Shown piece after piece: positions 11,436 through 22,930 of a stretch of 64,000 bases of DNA. The position numbers were made by a program, and so were the translations under genes. Where the stretch lies: the NCBI GenBank assembly GCA_951406725.2, contig OX597821.1:58900001-58964000 (forward strand). The letters are read 5' to 3'. Below the pieces are notes generated by a model that did no database searches, had not been told where the DNA came from, and saw nothing but the letters and a program-made list of their open reading frames with translations. Positions within the stretch are counted from its first letter, which is position 1, and each line of letters begins with the position of its first letter. Source of the stretch: Octopus vulgaris. Lineage: Eukaryota.

Positions 11436-11509
11436 AGTGTTGATAGTGACTCCGAAGATTCCGGTCTACTCGCCTGTCCAATGATGACTTCGGAGTCACT
11501 GTCACCACT
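11436..11509. other. Isolated 22-bp stem hairpin (30-nt loop)
   Basis: AGTGTTGATAGTGACTCCGAAG (11436-11457) pairs with CTTCGGAGTCACTGTCACCACT (11488-11509). On the + RNA, 21/22 positions pair including one G-U. Confidence 0.7.
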
Positions 11510-12806
11510 TATAAAAGTGTGTGCGTGTGTTTCCTTTGAAACTATGCCCCCCCCCAATTTGTCTTTAAATTGTTAATTATGCTTTCAGCATTTTCAAATT
11601 CATCTACATTTTAAAAAAGGAATTAAGGTAAAATTTAAGAATTTTTTAACGTGAAGACATTGTATATATTTCTGGATGGATGGATAGTCACAGTGAAACT
11701 ACCAACTATTTTGACTGAACCATCTGAGAAACAAGTTTGCTTCAGTGTTTGGCCATTAATACTAATTGCTCTGACCTTTCTGTTTGTTGGTTTCACACTC
11801 ATGTTTTAGTTCATGATCGCGAGTTCCTATTTACTGTGTACGTTTTTGTTGTCTCTGGACAGGATATATTATTTAACTATCTACATCGACTAGTATCGCG
11901 CGCGCGCGTACGCACATTGCAGGCTTTTCCTGGGAAAGTTATCTGAAACATGTAGAGGCTTGTCAAAGGAAATATTTATTTATTCCTCATTTGCTTCATG
12001 CAGATGTTTGTTTGTTTATTTACGACCACATTAATTGACAGAGTTGATCCGCTCAGTTGATCAATGTGGTTCGTTACTGATGAACATTAAAGTAACACTG
12101 CCACCCCACCTCCACCGAAACTTGGGACTACAATATTTCACGACACATAAATATAACACCTGTTTTCCTTGTATAAACACATACGTATGTATATATTAGA
12201 AGCTCGGAGGAAGCACAAGCAGTCAGCTCTTAGTGCACTGCATTTCATAGCAGAAACAGCGGTAAGCTAATGAAGTTCAAAGCATAGTTTCCTGTTCCGT
12301 CGTCATTTATTTAATTGTGTGTGTGCGCACATAAACTATATCAATTGACAAAGCATCGATATATATTAATATGGCAGATACATAAACTAAAGGAATATTC
12401 TCTCATTAGTATTAATTATCCCGTCTGTCACCGAATACGGGTTTTTCTATTACACTGTTCTCTAATTTGTTGGCTATAGCACATCTGTTGTCTCCTGACA
12501 TGTGCAATTTGGTCGAGTTAGTGTGAAACAGTTTCCATTTGTTGAAATCTGAAGAAGACATCACAGTTGAGAGGTGTCAACTGCCTCGAACAGGATATCA
12601 GCACCAATCTCTTGTCATTTAATCCAGTTTTCCTGGGATTGTCTGCTTGCTCTGCTGTGAAGGAGAATAAACTGAAACTGTGATTGGGGAATTTTTTTTT
12701 TTTTTTTAGTAATTTGAATTCTGTTTTTGTTGCTGTTCTTTCATTATTTTTTTCTTCTGTCCCGTGCTAAAATTTGTACATCAGTCCGTCCATAGTCCCA
12801 GTATCT

Positions 12807-13076
12807 CTATAGTTCTCAACCGGGGTCCATGTTATAGTCCTTGGGCGAGTCCACATAAGATTTTGTCGTTAAAATTTATCTGCAATAAATTTGTTATATT
12901 TCAACCATTCACAGGATATTTTAACAATATTTTTTGTACAATACCAAATGATAGTTAATTATAAGAATATATGATTTTTTAAAACATCGAACGGTTTGGA
13001 GGGTCCATCCGAGTAAAATAGGAATGAAAAGGGGTCCATAGGTAAAAAAGTCTTTAAAAATGATTGAGACACACTG
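12807..13076. mobile_element. hAT (Charlie-like) MITE
   Basis: Degenerate TIRs ...GTTCTCAACC / TTGAGACACACTG. Flanks CAGTATCT / CAGTAGTT. Internally similar to the copy at 45865-46105. Confidence 0.6.
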
Positions 13077-14064
13077 CAGTAGTTTAGTTTTTTTTTTTTT
13101 TTTTTTTCTATGGGAAAAAAATTATTACGAGCTTCTCCCTCAACCCGTCCCCATTCCTGGATAACTACTTCAGTGGTTACCCATAATGGGAGAAGGCGAT
13201 ATTCTTCCGATATCGTAAACCTTGCCTTCCATTATAAAACTTTTGATTCAGAGAGAGAGATGGGGATCGATAATGTAGTTTGACCGGTATCTTATTTATC
13301 GATTAAAGTTGGGTTCAATGATTTAAACTCAAAAGTACAGTGCAGGAACAAATAAATACCTGAAAGCATTTTGTTCGACGCACTAACATCTAAACAATTC
13401 GCCGCCTCCATTCGTTATAATTATTGTCCTTGCTATTTGGAATGTTTATACAGAAAATAGTCTGGCTTCAATATATTTCTTAAATGTTTGAAACCTAAAT
13501 GTTTATATAAGGAGCGTGGGTTTTAAATTGTTTTCCTGTTTTTATTTTTTCAATAAAGTTAACGAAGAACTTCTGTGGTCACTCACCCTGCCTGAAACAA
13601 TGGCTATATTTACTCAATTGACAATACTTTTTTTTTTTTTTTTAAGTTAGGATAAATTGGATCCCGTACTTTCGGGATGGTCATGACTGAAGGTCCTTTG
13701 ATTACCGATTTCCAGTTAAGATTGAGCTAGTCCTGAACAACTCCCTAAAGTCTTCTAGCTGATAGTCATAACTTTTCAAGGCAAAATATCCAACGTTGAG
13801 AAGTATTTTAGCTCTTGTTCAGTTCGATATGAAAGAGTTACACCATTCCTAAATAAAATCAACAAAATGCATTTGAATCAGTTTCTAGAACCTTCTTTCA
13901 ATACTATGTATCTCTCATCTAGTTAACATTTTTTTCCCCAATTTCTATGTTCCTTCCCACAAGCATGATGTTCACACACAAAAAAGCGAAAAAATAATTT
14001 GTTTAAATATATACTTATATTCATTAGCACTCACACCCGTACACGCACGCACTCTCTCTCTCTC

Positions 14065-14136
<72 letters not shown>

Positions 14137-14795
14137 ACTCACATTTGTTCCTTTTGTTGATATAACTCTAGTCAGATGTATATAGAAAACATAAGTACAC
14201 ATGAAGTATCATTAAATTAATGTGTGGGGGTGTGTTAGTGTATGTGAGGTAATTTTTTTGTTTTTTATAAGCCAGCAATAAATGTGGCACACACAAAGCA
14301 AATATAAACAAACAGATGCATCTGGTGGAAAACAAAGCAACACATCTCCCCGGTTGTCAGTGTAGTGTGCAGATCTTCATTTCCTCATCTATTTTAAGCC
14401 CTATATCTATTTGTAGATCCTGTTCGTCTTCCCTGTAATGCTCATACTACAAGCAGCATCATTCAAAGCAGATAACAGCAGAAGATATCAATATGGTTGC
14501 ATCTGTTTAACAACATTCTGTATCACTGAAAGACTTATCCAGGAAATTAAAAATTATTTTTCTAGTAAAGCCAGAAAATAACGATTATCTTTTACACTGA
14601 ATTATAAAGCAAATTTAATTATTAAAAAAAAAATATATTATAATTAACTTACTATTGATTGCTAAGATAAGCCACTAGGTCATAAACTTTGAAAGATCAG
14701 TGCATTTGATTAACTTAACCCGAATACTTAAGAGGAATGAAAAGCAAATGTAACTCTAGCTGGATTTGAATTTAGAATGTAGAGACATGCAAGAA

Positions 14796-15228
14796 CTGTA
14801 TTCAATGGCATAAAAGATGCATGGGTATATTAGATGCACCCCAATTTCAGCATATTCAGGAAAAACAAGAAAAAAAAGCTTTTAGTGTAATAACCCTTTA
14901 GCATTCAGATTGCTCTGTTAAATGTAATGCATATGTATTCGCACTGCTTTGAATTAATCATGCATTAGCTTGTAGATTCAAGAATTTGATGATGCGATTG
15001 CATATTTTTAGAATGTCATTGTGGGGTAGTGTGAGAGGCTGCATCTGGCTATTTTGAACATGAAACAGAATATTTGGGCTGGATATGGCCAGTTTAAATG
15101 CTAAAGGGTTAAAGCATGTAATATTTAGATGGAGGCCCAGCTTTTCATATAGGACCAAGGGTGAACGTTTGAGACATTTTTTTTTGGGGGGGGGGGAATA
15201 AGTACATCTTATTTGCCATCAAATGCGG
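14796..15228. mobile_element. Tc1/pogo-type MITE with nested TTAA element
   Basis: TIRs CTGTATTCAATGGCATAAAAGATGC / ACATCTTATTTGCCATCAAATGCGG followed by TA. A related copy lies at ~61740-61885. Confidence 0.55.
14894..15108. mobile_element. piggyBac-type MITE family P1
   Basis: CCCTTTAGCATT...AATGCTAAAGGG|TTAA. Homologous copies at ~49236-49441 and 50443-50648. Confidence 0.7.
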
Positions 15229-15748
15229 TATATACTGTAAATGATCCAGACTGTTTGTGCCAATGTCATACTGTTTTAAAGACTGATAATATTGCATAAA
15301 CCAATGTATTGCCATTGCTTTGAAAGAAAGAAGGCAAATGTCGTCTGCCTAAAGCACTATTATGAAGTGTGTCTACTGCTTTTAAAATCAAGTGGACTCC
15401 ATTCTCCTTCAAGTAGATATTAAAATACCTTCTATGATACTTTGGTTTCTTGAAATAGTTTGTTCTCAACACTGTAAACAAAGTTGAATAAATTGTAACT
15501 TAACAATAATAAGAGTGGAAGTTTTAATTGTATAAATAGATGTAAACCAACAGTTTCGCTCGTCTATTTTCTGTCTTTAAGGTATTTTTTCCTCCCTTTC
15601 ATGTTCTGCTACATTTTTTAGACTTTATCACACAACTTCTATTTTGTACAAAAGCCATTCGTACTCATCAATATTACTAAATGCAAAACCTTTTACTATA
15701 ATGGTAACAAATTTTGTTGTATGACATGGAGAGAATAATTTAGATGTA

Positions 15749-16067
15749 TACATTATTTACATTCAACGGATATTTGTCCTCATCTTGTTTGTTGTTAACA
15801 CAACGTTTCGGCTGATACACCCCCCAGCCTTCTTTAGGTGTCTTGGGGAAATTTCGAACCTGGGTTCTCATTCCTAAGGTATTTTTCAATATTACTATTA
15901 TTGTTATTGTTCAGGTCACTGCTTGGAATTGAACTCGGAATCTTGGGGTTAGTAGCCCATGCTCTTAACCACTACACCATATTCTCGTGGGCATATGGTG
16001 TAGTGGTTGCAAATATCCGTCGAATGTAAATAATGTACATAATTCCTCATCTCTTAAATAAGGAACT
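15749..16067. mobile_element. tRNA-headed short retroelement with Penelope-type hammerhead tail, inverted dimer, 13-bp TSD
   Basis: TSD TAATTTAGATGTA at 15736-15748 and 16068-16080. The minus copy has a tRNA-like head (15986-15914) and a hammerhead (15841-15798). The plus copy is internally deleted (head 15989-16008 fused to tail 16010-16067). Confidence 0.75.
15798..15841 (-). ncRNA. Minimal type I hammerhead ribozyme relic (G5A mutated)
   Basis: ACAC-CUAAAGA-A-GGCUG(GGGGGUGUAU)CAGCC-GAAA-CG-UU-GUGU: stem I ACAC/GUGU, 5-bp stem II, palindromic ACGU stem III, GUU triplet. Confidence 0.7.
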
Positions 16068-16961
16068 TAATTTAGATGTAGTTTTTCTATTTTGGTCTTG
16101 AATGTGATATTAAGTGTAGAAACTACATTTATTGTAGTTTCATTATTACTATTTGTAATATTTGTTAGCACTTGCAAAATATTGTGTTCTTTAATATTGA
16201 ATGGAGAAATATATCACCATCACCATATGTTTGTTTTTCCATGCTGGCCTGTGTCGGATGGTCTAACAGGATCTGATCAGCTGCAAGACTGCATCAAGTT
16301 CTAATGTGAGCTTTGGCATGGTTTCTGTGACTGGCCGCCCTTCCTTAATAGAGCCATCTACTTACTTATGTCAACTACTATTTTAATTCTAACTTTACCC
16401 AGACTTTCTTTTGATTAAGGATTTTTCTTTCCAGCTGTAAATGTTTCATACATATAGTCATATAAGCTTTCTTCATAATTATGTTGTTTTATGTTCAACT
16501 CCACTGTATGGTACCTTGGACAAATAGCTCATATCATTGTCTCAGGTCAAGCAAAACTTTGTGAATAACATTTAGTCAATGGAAATGTGTGAAAGTTCAT
16601 TGGAAAGATTGTTCTCATTTTAAAGCCCTATATTTATTTGTAGATCCATTCATCTTCTTCTTATGCTCATATCCCAACATGCATCATTCAAGGCAGACAA
16701 CAGTGGGAACTATCCATATGGTTGCAGCTGTTTAACATATATATCATTGAAAAACATATCCAGGAAGCTAAAATAATTATTTGTCTACCACCCGCATATT
16801 GTAAAAACTATCTGCTACCCAAATATTCTTAAACTGTCACCTGGGCCATGGTTGACTTCAACAAAGTTCACTCTGTTGCAGTCATTCGGACCAAGTCTCT
16901 GAGCTGTGAATAACTTTTTCTCATAAAAAAGGGTCATAGCTGTGGTTTCTTCTCTTTAGAC

Positions 16962-17177
16962 CAGGGGTGGGCAAACTTTTTTGATCGCGGGCCGCACAGT
17001 GCGTCTTTGGAACCTTGGCGGGCCTCATTTATAAAAATCAAGTGAAAATATTGTGAATTACCGTACAGTTACGAAGTATCTGCATAGAAGTTGGGATTCA
17101 TAAAAGCTCTCGGCGGGCCGCATGAAAACCTATGGCGGGCCGCATGCGGCCCGCGGGCCGTAGTTTGCCCACCCCTG
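16962..17177. mobile_element. Young hAT (Charlie-like) MITE, 216 bp
   Basis: Perfect 16-bp TIRs CAGGGGTGGGCAAACT / AGTTTGCCCACCCCTG, perfect 8-bp TSD CTTTAGAC (16954-16961, 17178-17185), CpGs retained. Confidence 0.95.
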
Positions 17178-17454
17178 CTTTAGACTAATTCCCTGGGTAA
17201 TCATATTTTGAATCTTGTAATTTCATCTTCAACAAGACAGATAAAAGCAAGAGAGTTGAAAACAATTTTCAAAATCGTCATCAACTAATCTTGACCTTGA
17301 GTAATTCATTCATCTTATTATATTTCACTCTCCACCAGATTATCAATTATCAGAACCTTTCAAAAATCTTTTCCAAACTTCCAATATAATAAATGAAGTG
17401 TATTGTTACTTTGTTTTGGTCTTAGAGATTTGCATCCATATTTCATTCATTTAA

Positions 17455-17857
17455 TGGCTGTGTGGCAAAGAAGCTTGCCTCCCAACCATTTGGTCTTGTG
17501 TTCAGTCCCACTACATGGCACCTTGGGCAAGTGTCTTCTACTGTAGCCCTGGTCCAACTAAAGCTTTGTGAGCAGATTCGGAAACTGATGTGGACAGAAA
17601 CTATGTGGAAACCTGTTGTGGTTATTTGTGTGTCCTTGTCTAGACATCATGTGATAGTCATAAATGACTTCATGCAAATGAAGTTGTTTCCAGTCTTTTG
17701 TAAAAAAAATATGTCTAGCTATGGGAGAATATTACCTTGCTTAGAAGCAGGTAATGGTTGGTGACAGGAAGAGCATCCAGTCATTGAAAATCTAACTCAA
17801 CAAATTCTGCCTGTCCCATGTAAATGTGGAAAAATGTACCTTAAATGATGATGTTGA
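17455..17857 (+). mobile_element. SINE family A variant (same head, alternative 3' body ending in (GAT)n)
   Basis: Family A head, then ...GGTTGGTGACAGGAAGAGCATCCAG...AAATGATGATG. Similar copies at ~29280-29885 and ~55515-55915. Confidence 0.7.
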
Positions 17858-18191
17858 TTTGAATGCAAAAATCGAGTTGTTTGAAGTTGTTTTCAATTTC
17901 ATTTTGCATTAACTTCGTTAACTAAAATTGTTTTCAAATTGTGACTGTCATACCATATTTTCTCGTAATATGTTGTCTGTAACAACAGACAAGGGATATA
18001 CTAGAACTACTCTAACCCTATCACTGCGAAACCTAATAATGTGGCTGAGAGAAGATATATCAGGGGAGCTTTCTGCATCTTTTATATCTCTTGTCTTTTA
18101 CTCATTTCAGTCATTGGACTGCAGCCATGCTAGGGCACTGCCTTGAAGGATTTGGTCAACTAAATTCACCTCAGTACATATATATATATAT

Positions 18192-18494
18192 CACTGTGAC
18201 TGACCAGGCTATCACATGTTGCTACACATCGCTGGTCACAATGTGCTTCGCATTGTTTTTGTAGCCTTCAAATGACGCCACCCTGCTGGCTAAACGAGCA
18301 GGCCAACAGAAGAAAGAGTGAGAGAAAGTTGTGGCGAAAGAGTACAGCAGGGATCGCCACCACCCCCTGCCAGAGCCTCGTGGAGCTTTAGGTGTTTTTG
18401 CTCAATAAACACTCACAACGCCCGATCTGGGAATCGAAACCTCTATCCTACAACCGCGAGTCCGCTGCCCTAACCACTGGGCCATTGCACCTCC
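18192..18494 (-). mobile_element. tRNA-derived SINE family E, nested in a minus-strand family A copy (~18090-18855)
   Basis: Minus head GGAGGTGCAATGGCCCAGTGGTTAGGGCAGCGGACTCGCGG...GGTTTCGATTCCC with A and B boxes. Related heads at ~54915 (+) and ~43525 (-). Confidence 0.75.
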
Positions 18495-19059
18495 ACACAC
18501 ACACACACACACTCATATATATATATATTTATTTATATTTTTACAGTCTGCTACTTTTTCTATCGGTCTCTTTTGCTGAAGCACTAAATTACAGGAATGT
18601 AAACAAACCAACTTTAGTTGTCAAGCTGTAGTGGGGAACAAATACAAACAGAAGCATGCATACATGCACACACACACACACATGCACATGTGATGGAATT
18701 CCACTCAATTTCTGTCTACCAAATTCACTCACAAGGCATTGGTCAGTTGGTTAGTCCAGAGCTGGAGTAGAAAATATTTGCCCAAGATACTGTGCAAAGG
18801 GACTGAATCCGAAACCACATGGCTACAAAGTGAGCTTCTTTAACAATACAGCCATCAATATTGAATACAAATACGAAAATTCATTTCTGATCAATAATTT
18901 TCTGACAGTTCAGCAACTTTTGTCTTTATACCATTTTATCTTTATAACTTTTTGTTCACATAGTATGCATGGCTGATCATTCCACAGGGTTTATTTGAGC
19001 CATCTCAGCACAAATTCATATACCGTTTAGAATAATTATCTATGAGCAATTACAAACTG

Positions 19060-19740
19060 CAATTCTACATGGTAGTAAGACATGGGCCCTGAATGCAGAG
19101 AACATGCGAAGTCTAGAGAGGAATTAGGCTAGTATGCTTTGCTGGATGTGTAATGTTAAGTGTACATATTCGACAGAGTGCTGGTGTATTGAGAGAGAAG
19201 TTGTGCATAAGAGAAATTAGATGCAGTGTGCAAGAGAGAAGATTGTGTTGGTTTGGTCATGTGATGTGGATGGATGCCAACAGCTCCATAAAGAAGTGCT
19301 AATATCTCAAAATGGATGGAATACATGGAAGAGAGAGCCCCAGGAAGACATGGGTTGAAGTACTGAAAGATGACCTCTGGATGCTGAACCTCTCAGACAT
19401 GATGACAAAGGACTAAGATACCTAGTACCATGCTGTACATGTGAAGACCCATCCTTCACAGTAGAAGTGTTAAGGCCACTACCCCTGGCAAAGGGGATTA
19501 ATCTGCAAGAGTCATGCGCCAGTACCACATAAAAAAGCACTTGTGCCAGTACCAGGTAAAAGAGCTCATGTGGTGCCACATTAAAAAAACCACACAGCAC
19601 ACACTGTAATCTGATTAGCATTAGAAAGGGCATCCAGCCATAAAAACCCAGAACTTGGTGCAGCTCTCCAGCTTGCTAGCTCTGATCAAACCATTCAACC
19701 CATGCCAGCATGGAAAGCAGATGTTAAAGGATGATGATGA
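19060..19740 (+). mobile_element. RTE-clade LINE 3' fragment
   Basis: Translation ILHGSKTWAL...RRLCWFGHVMWMD...GRESPRKTWVEVLKDDL (RTE C-terminus) with stops, then the family C 3' end and a (GAT)n tail. Confidence 0.85.
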
Positions 19741-20620
19741 AGCAGTGCCACCTTTGTTTTTATATCACTAAGATTCAGTGTGCCTTACATTATTGGGCAA
19801 CAAATTCAAGTGAATTCTCTTTTATCTGATATTTAATATCTTTTACACTCTACTGGCTGACCTATTCTATTACAATTCCTCCCTCACTAAAAATATCATC
19901 CCCTGCTTCTACATCAATATGTTTACTTCAAATATGTTTGACATGTTTCTCTAATGTTTGTATAACACTTTTTTTCTTTCTCTCAAACTTGCCTGTTCAG
20001 TACATAGATAGATTTACTGGAAATATGGATGGCTTGCAAATCTTTCTAAAAAGGTGCATATGCTATTGCATATATCAAGATTCTGAATGTAATTCTCTCC
20101 TTAAAAGAATATGCTTGTATATCAATACATGAACAAGCAATCCAGATGTCTTGTAGATCTCTCACTATTCAACCCTTTCTTTTTATTTTATTTTTAATCT
20201 TATTTTTCTGTAATCATATCAGGTTTTTTTCTACTACAGACTACTCTCTACTGATGCATATTTTTTATATACCATTGCACCTTACCGTACACACACATAC
20301 TTGCATTTATTCATCATCAATACTAAGTCACATGTTTAAGTTACTTCAACTACAACAACTGTCCATTTCCTTGATTAGAATATAGATAACTTTTATTTTC
20401 AAGATTCTAAAACAAAATGTTTTTTCACTGTTATTGTTAGTATAAATCACAAATTTTTTGAGCTTTTTTTTTGTATTGATTTATACAAAGATCTGGTGAA
20501 ACAAAATTAGGGTTGAAGTGCAAATAGTTTTTCTTTTCATGTAAAAACATTATTTGTTTCTAATTTCTGTTGTGAAGGTAGATATGTAGCCTAATGATAA
20601 GGGTGCTGCACTCATGATTA

Positions 20621-20851
20621 AGGCGGCGAGCTGGCAGAAACATTAGCACGCCGGGCGAAATGCATAGCCGTATTTCGTCTGCCATTACGTTCTGGGTTCA
20701 AATTCCGCCGAGGTCAACTTTGCCTTTCATCCTTTCGGGGTCGATAAATTAAGTACCAGTTACGCACTGGGGTTGCTGTAATCGACTTAGTCCGTTAGTC
20801 TGTCCTTGTTTGTCCCCTCTATGTTTAGCCTCTTGTGGGTAATAAAGAAAC
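20621..20851 (+). mobile_element. SINE family B, nested in an older tRNA-SINE
   Basis: Near-identical to 4821-5053 and 40975-41203. Confidence 0.85.
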
Positions 20852-21519
20852 AGATTGCAAGATCATGGTTTTGATTCTTGGACCAGGAACTTCAATGTGT
20901 TCTTGAGCAAAACACCTTTTTTCACATTGTTCCACCTGTAAATGAGTAAACTGTATAATGGTCTGGCATCCTGTTCAGAGGGAATGTTATGATATTAGTC
21001 ACTTATATGTTATAGAAACTTGCCCTATGCGTCCTAAGACTCAAGACAGTACACACCGATCTCTTTTCATATCTAAATTTTTCATAATGAAAATTGATTT
21101 CATAATTTCAGTGTAGCATTAAGAGTCACCCTTTTCTTCCTCAGTTATTTTCAAACATTGAAATAATTTTTTTCCCTCACACTCAAAAACTAGAACAACA
21201 TAATTTACAAATTTCTTTGATAGGAATAAAAAAAATCAAAGTATATTTTGAAGTTTATAGAGAAAATCAGTTGACTTATAATAGGTAAGTAGTCAATATT
21301 TAGGTCATTAGGCAGTGGGTAGATTAAAATACGTAGAGAATCAAAATATTAAGTATGAAAAGGATATGTGACAATACACACCCCTGCCAAGGCCCAACAT
21401 CCATGTTGAAAGGTTCTAATTAAGCACCATGTACTCAAACATAAATATCTTGGCCTTTGTATAGGGACTTCACAGTAACCAGAAGCTGCACATTAATTTC
21501 AAACTTCTGCAAAACAGAC

Positions 21520-21750
21520 ATGTAATTAGAATATTGCAAGAAAGAATTACAAGACAGATTCTTCAAGCCAAGCCAATCAGCAGGAGACTTAGAGGTAGAC
21601 TATGAACAAGGTGTTTGGACAATATCCATAGTCTTGGTTGGTCATACTTGGGAATCCAGTAGGAAAGTGTAATAATGGTTACTCATGATAGGATCTTATA
21701 GAAGAAATGCTCCGGTGGGGAAATGGGTTGAGAAAATGGATGGATGGAAT
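21520..21750 (+). mobile_element. RTE-clade LINE 3' relic (second lineage)
   Basis: HVIRILQERITRQILQAKPISRRLRGRL*TRCLDNIHSLGWSYLGI resembles GHV.R....R.RGRPR.RW.D. Tail ATGGATGGATGG. Confidence 0.6.
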
Positions 21751-22104
21751 CAAGACATGTTCTTTCCCTCTTAATCATGGTGTTCCCCCCAGGGAAGTGA
21801 CAGAACTCTTTAGCTTCTCAATCAGGATCACTATATGCAATTCATGGGAAGCTCTTCATCAGACATCATCATAGCAGGAGCTGTCAGTAGAAACAGGTTA
21901 GACTGGAGCTTATAATACGGTAGTTCCAGTTTGACAACTATAACAAAAAAAAATCAATAAATGAATATACAGAACATTTTCCTTTCTGTATGTCAGATTG
22001 TGACAAAGGAGATATTTCTAAATTTCCCCATGTTTGTAGTTAATTAATTTCTATATCAAGGTAGCTGAAATTATTATTATTACTTTGTAATAATGCAGTT
22101 CTAT

Positions 22105-22570
22105 CTTTTCCTTGTTTTAGTCATTGGACTGCAGCCATGCTGGAGCAATGCCTTAAAAAGATTTAGTTGAACAAGCCATCCCACTTCTCCACTCTTTAAA
22201 TTTCAAGTCTGGCACTTATTCTATTGGTCTCTTAACAAACTGCTAAGTTACAGGGATGTAAGCACACCAACACTGGTTGTCAAGCAGAGGTGAAGGGTTA
22301 CAAATAAAGACACAAAGAAATGTATGCATGCACATGCGTGTGTGCACACACACGCATACACAAACACACACACATGCACGCACGTACACACATACACACA
22401 CACACACACACACACATGCAACGGACTTCTACACAGTTTCCATGTGCCAAATTCATTCACAAGTCAATGGTTGGCCTGGAGCTCTAGTAGAAGATGCTGC
22501 ACAGTAGAACTGAACCTGGCACCACATGGCTGCAAAACAAACTCCTCAACCACACCACTATGCCTATGCT
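22105..22570 (-). mobile_element. SINE family A (minus)
   Basis: Reverse complement of the family A body, (CA)n middle and head. Other minus copies at ~26660-27085, 34795-35215, 43630-44005, 56285-56662 and 57300-57995. Confidence 0.75.
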
Positions 22571-22890
22571 TCCTCCTTCATAATATATTTCATCTTTGTC
22601 ATGTCACACCATTCATTTGCAGACACTTGTACATGGTTACATTTAATGCTGGGTGTCTCATGTACTGCAGGGTTCTTAAGAGATTGACCCAGGTCTAACT
22701 GCTCAATTTCATTGACTGAAATTGTCCTGCTCCAGTGCTACAACCCAAAGGTTATAGGATGTGAATAAAGTTAACAACATTGTTTGCAAAATACGTTAAC
22801 AGTAATTTATTGTGTCTCATGTAGAAGGCATCTCTGAATTATTTATGTAATCTTCCATTACTACTGCAACAAGTATAATGAAGGTTGTAC

Positions 22891-22930
22891 TTTGCTGATG
22901 AGTTCAAAATAATGTTGAAACATGTCTGAA
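22891..22930 (+). ncRNA. Hammerhead-like motif with intact core but weak stems
   Basis: CUGAUGA (22895-22901) ... GAAA (22917-22920) CAU GUC (palindromic ACAUGU, GUC triplet). Stems I and II are degenerate. Confidence 0.4.

Noticed and set aside
12545-12590. CTGAAGA-A-GAC..GTT-GAGA..GTC hammerhead-like string
   Set aside because: GAAA is GAGA, and there is no stem III or contiguous stem I. Likely chance.
15914-15986. tRNA gene (also the heads at 18420-18494, 31266 and 54465)
   Set aside because: A and B boxes are present, but acceptor and anticodon stems are broken and each continues into a repeat body. These are SINE heads, not tRNA genes.
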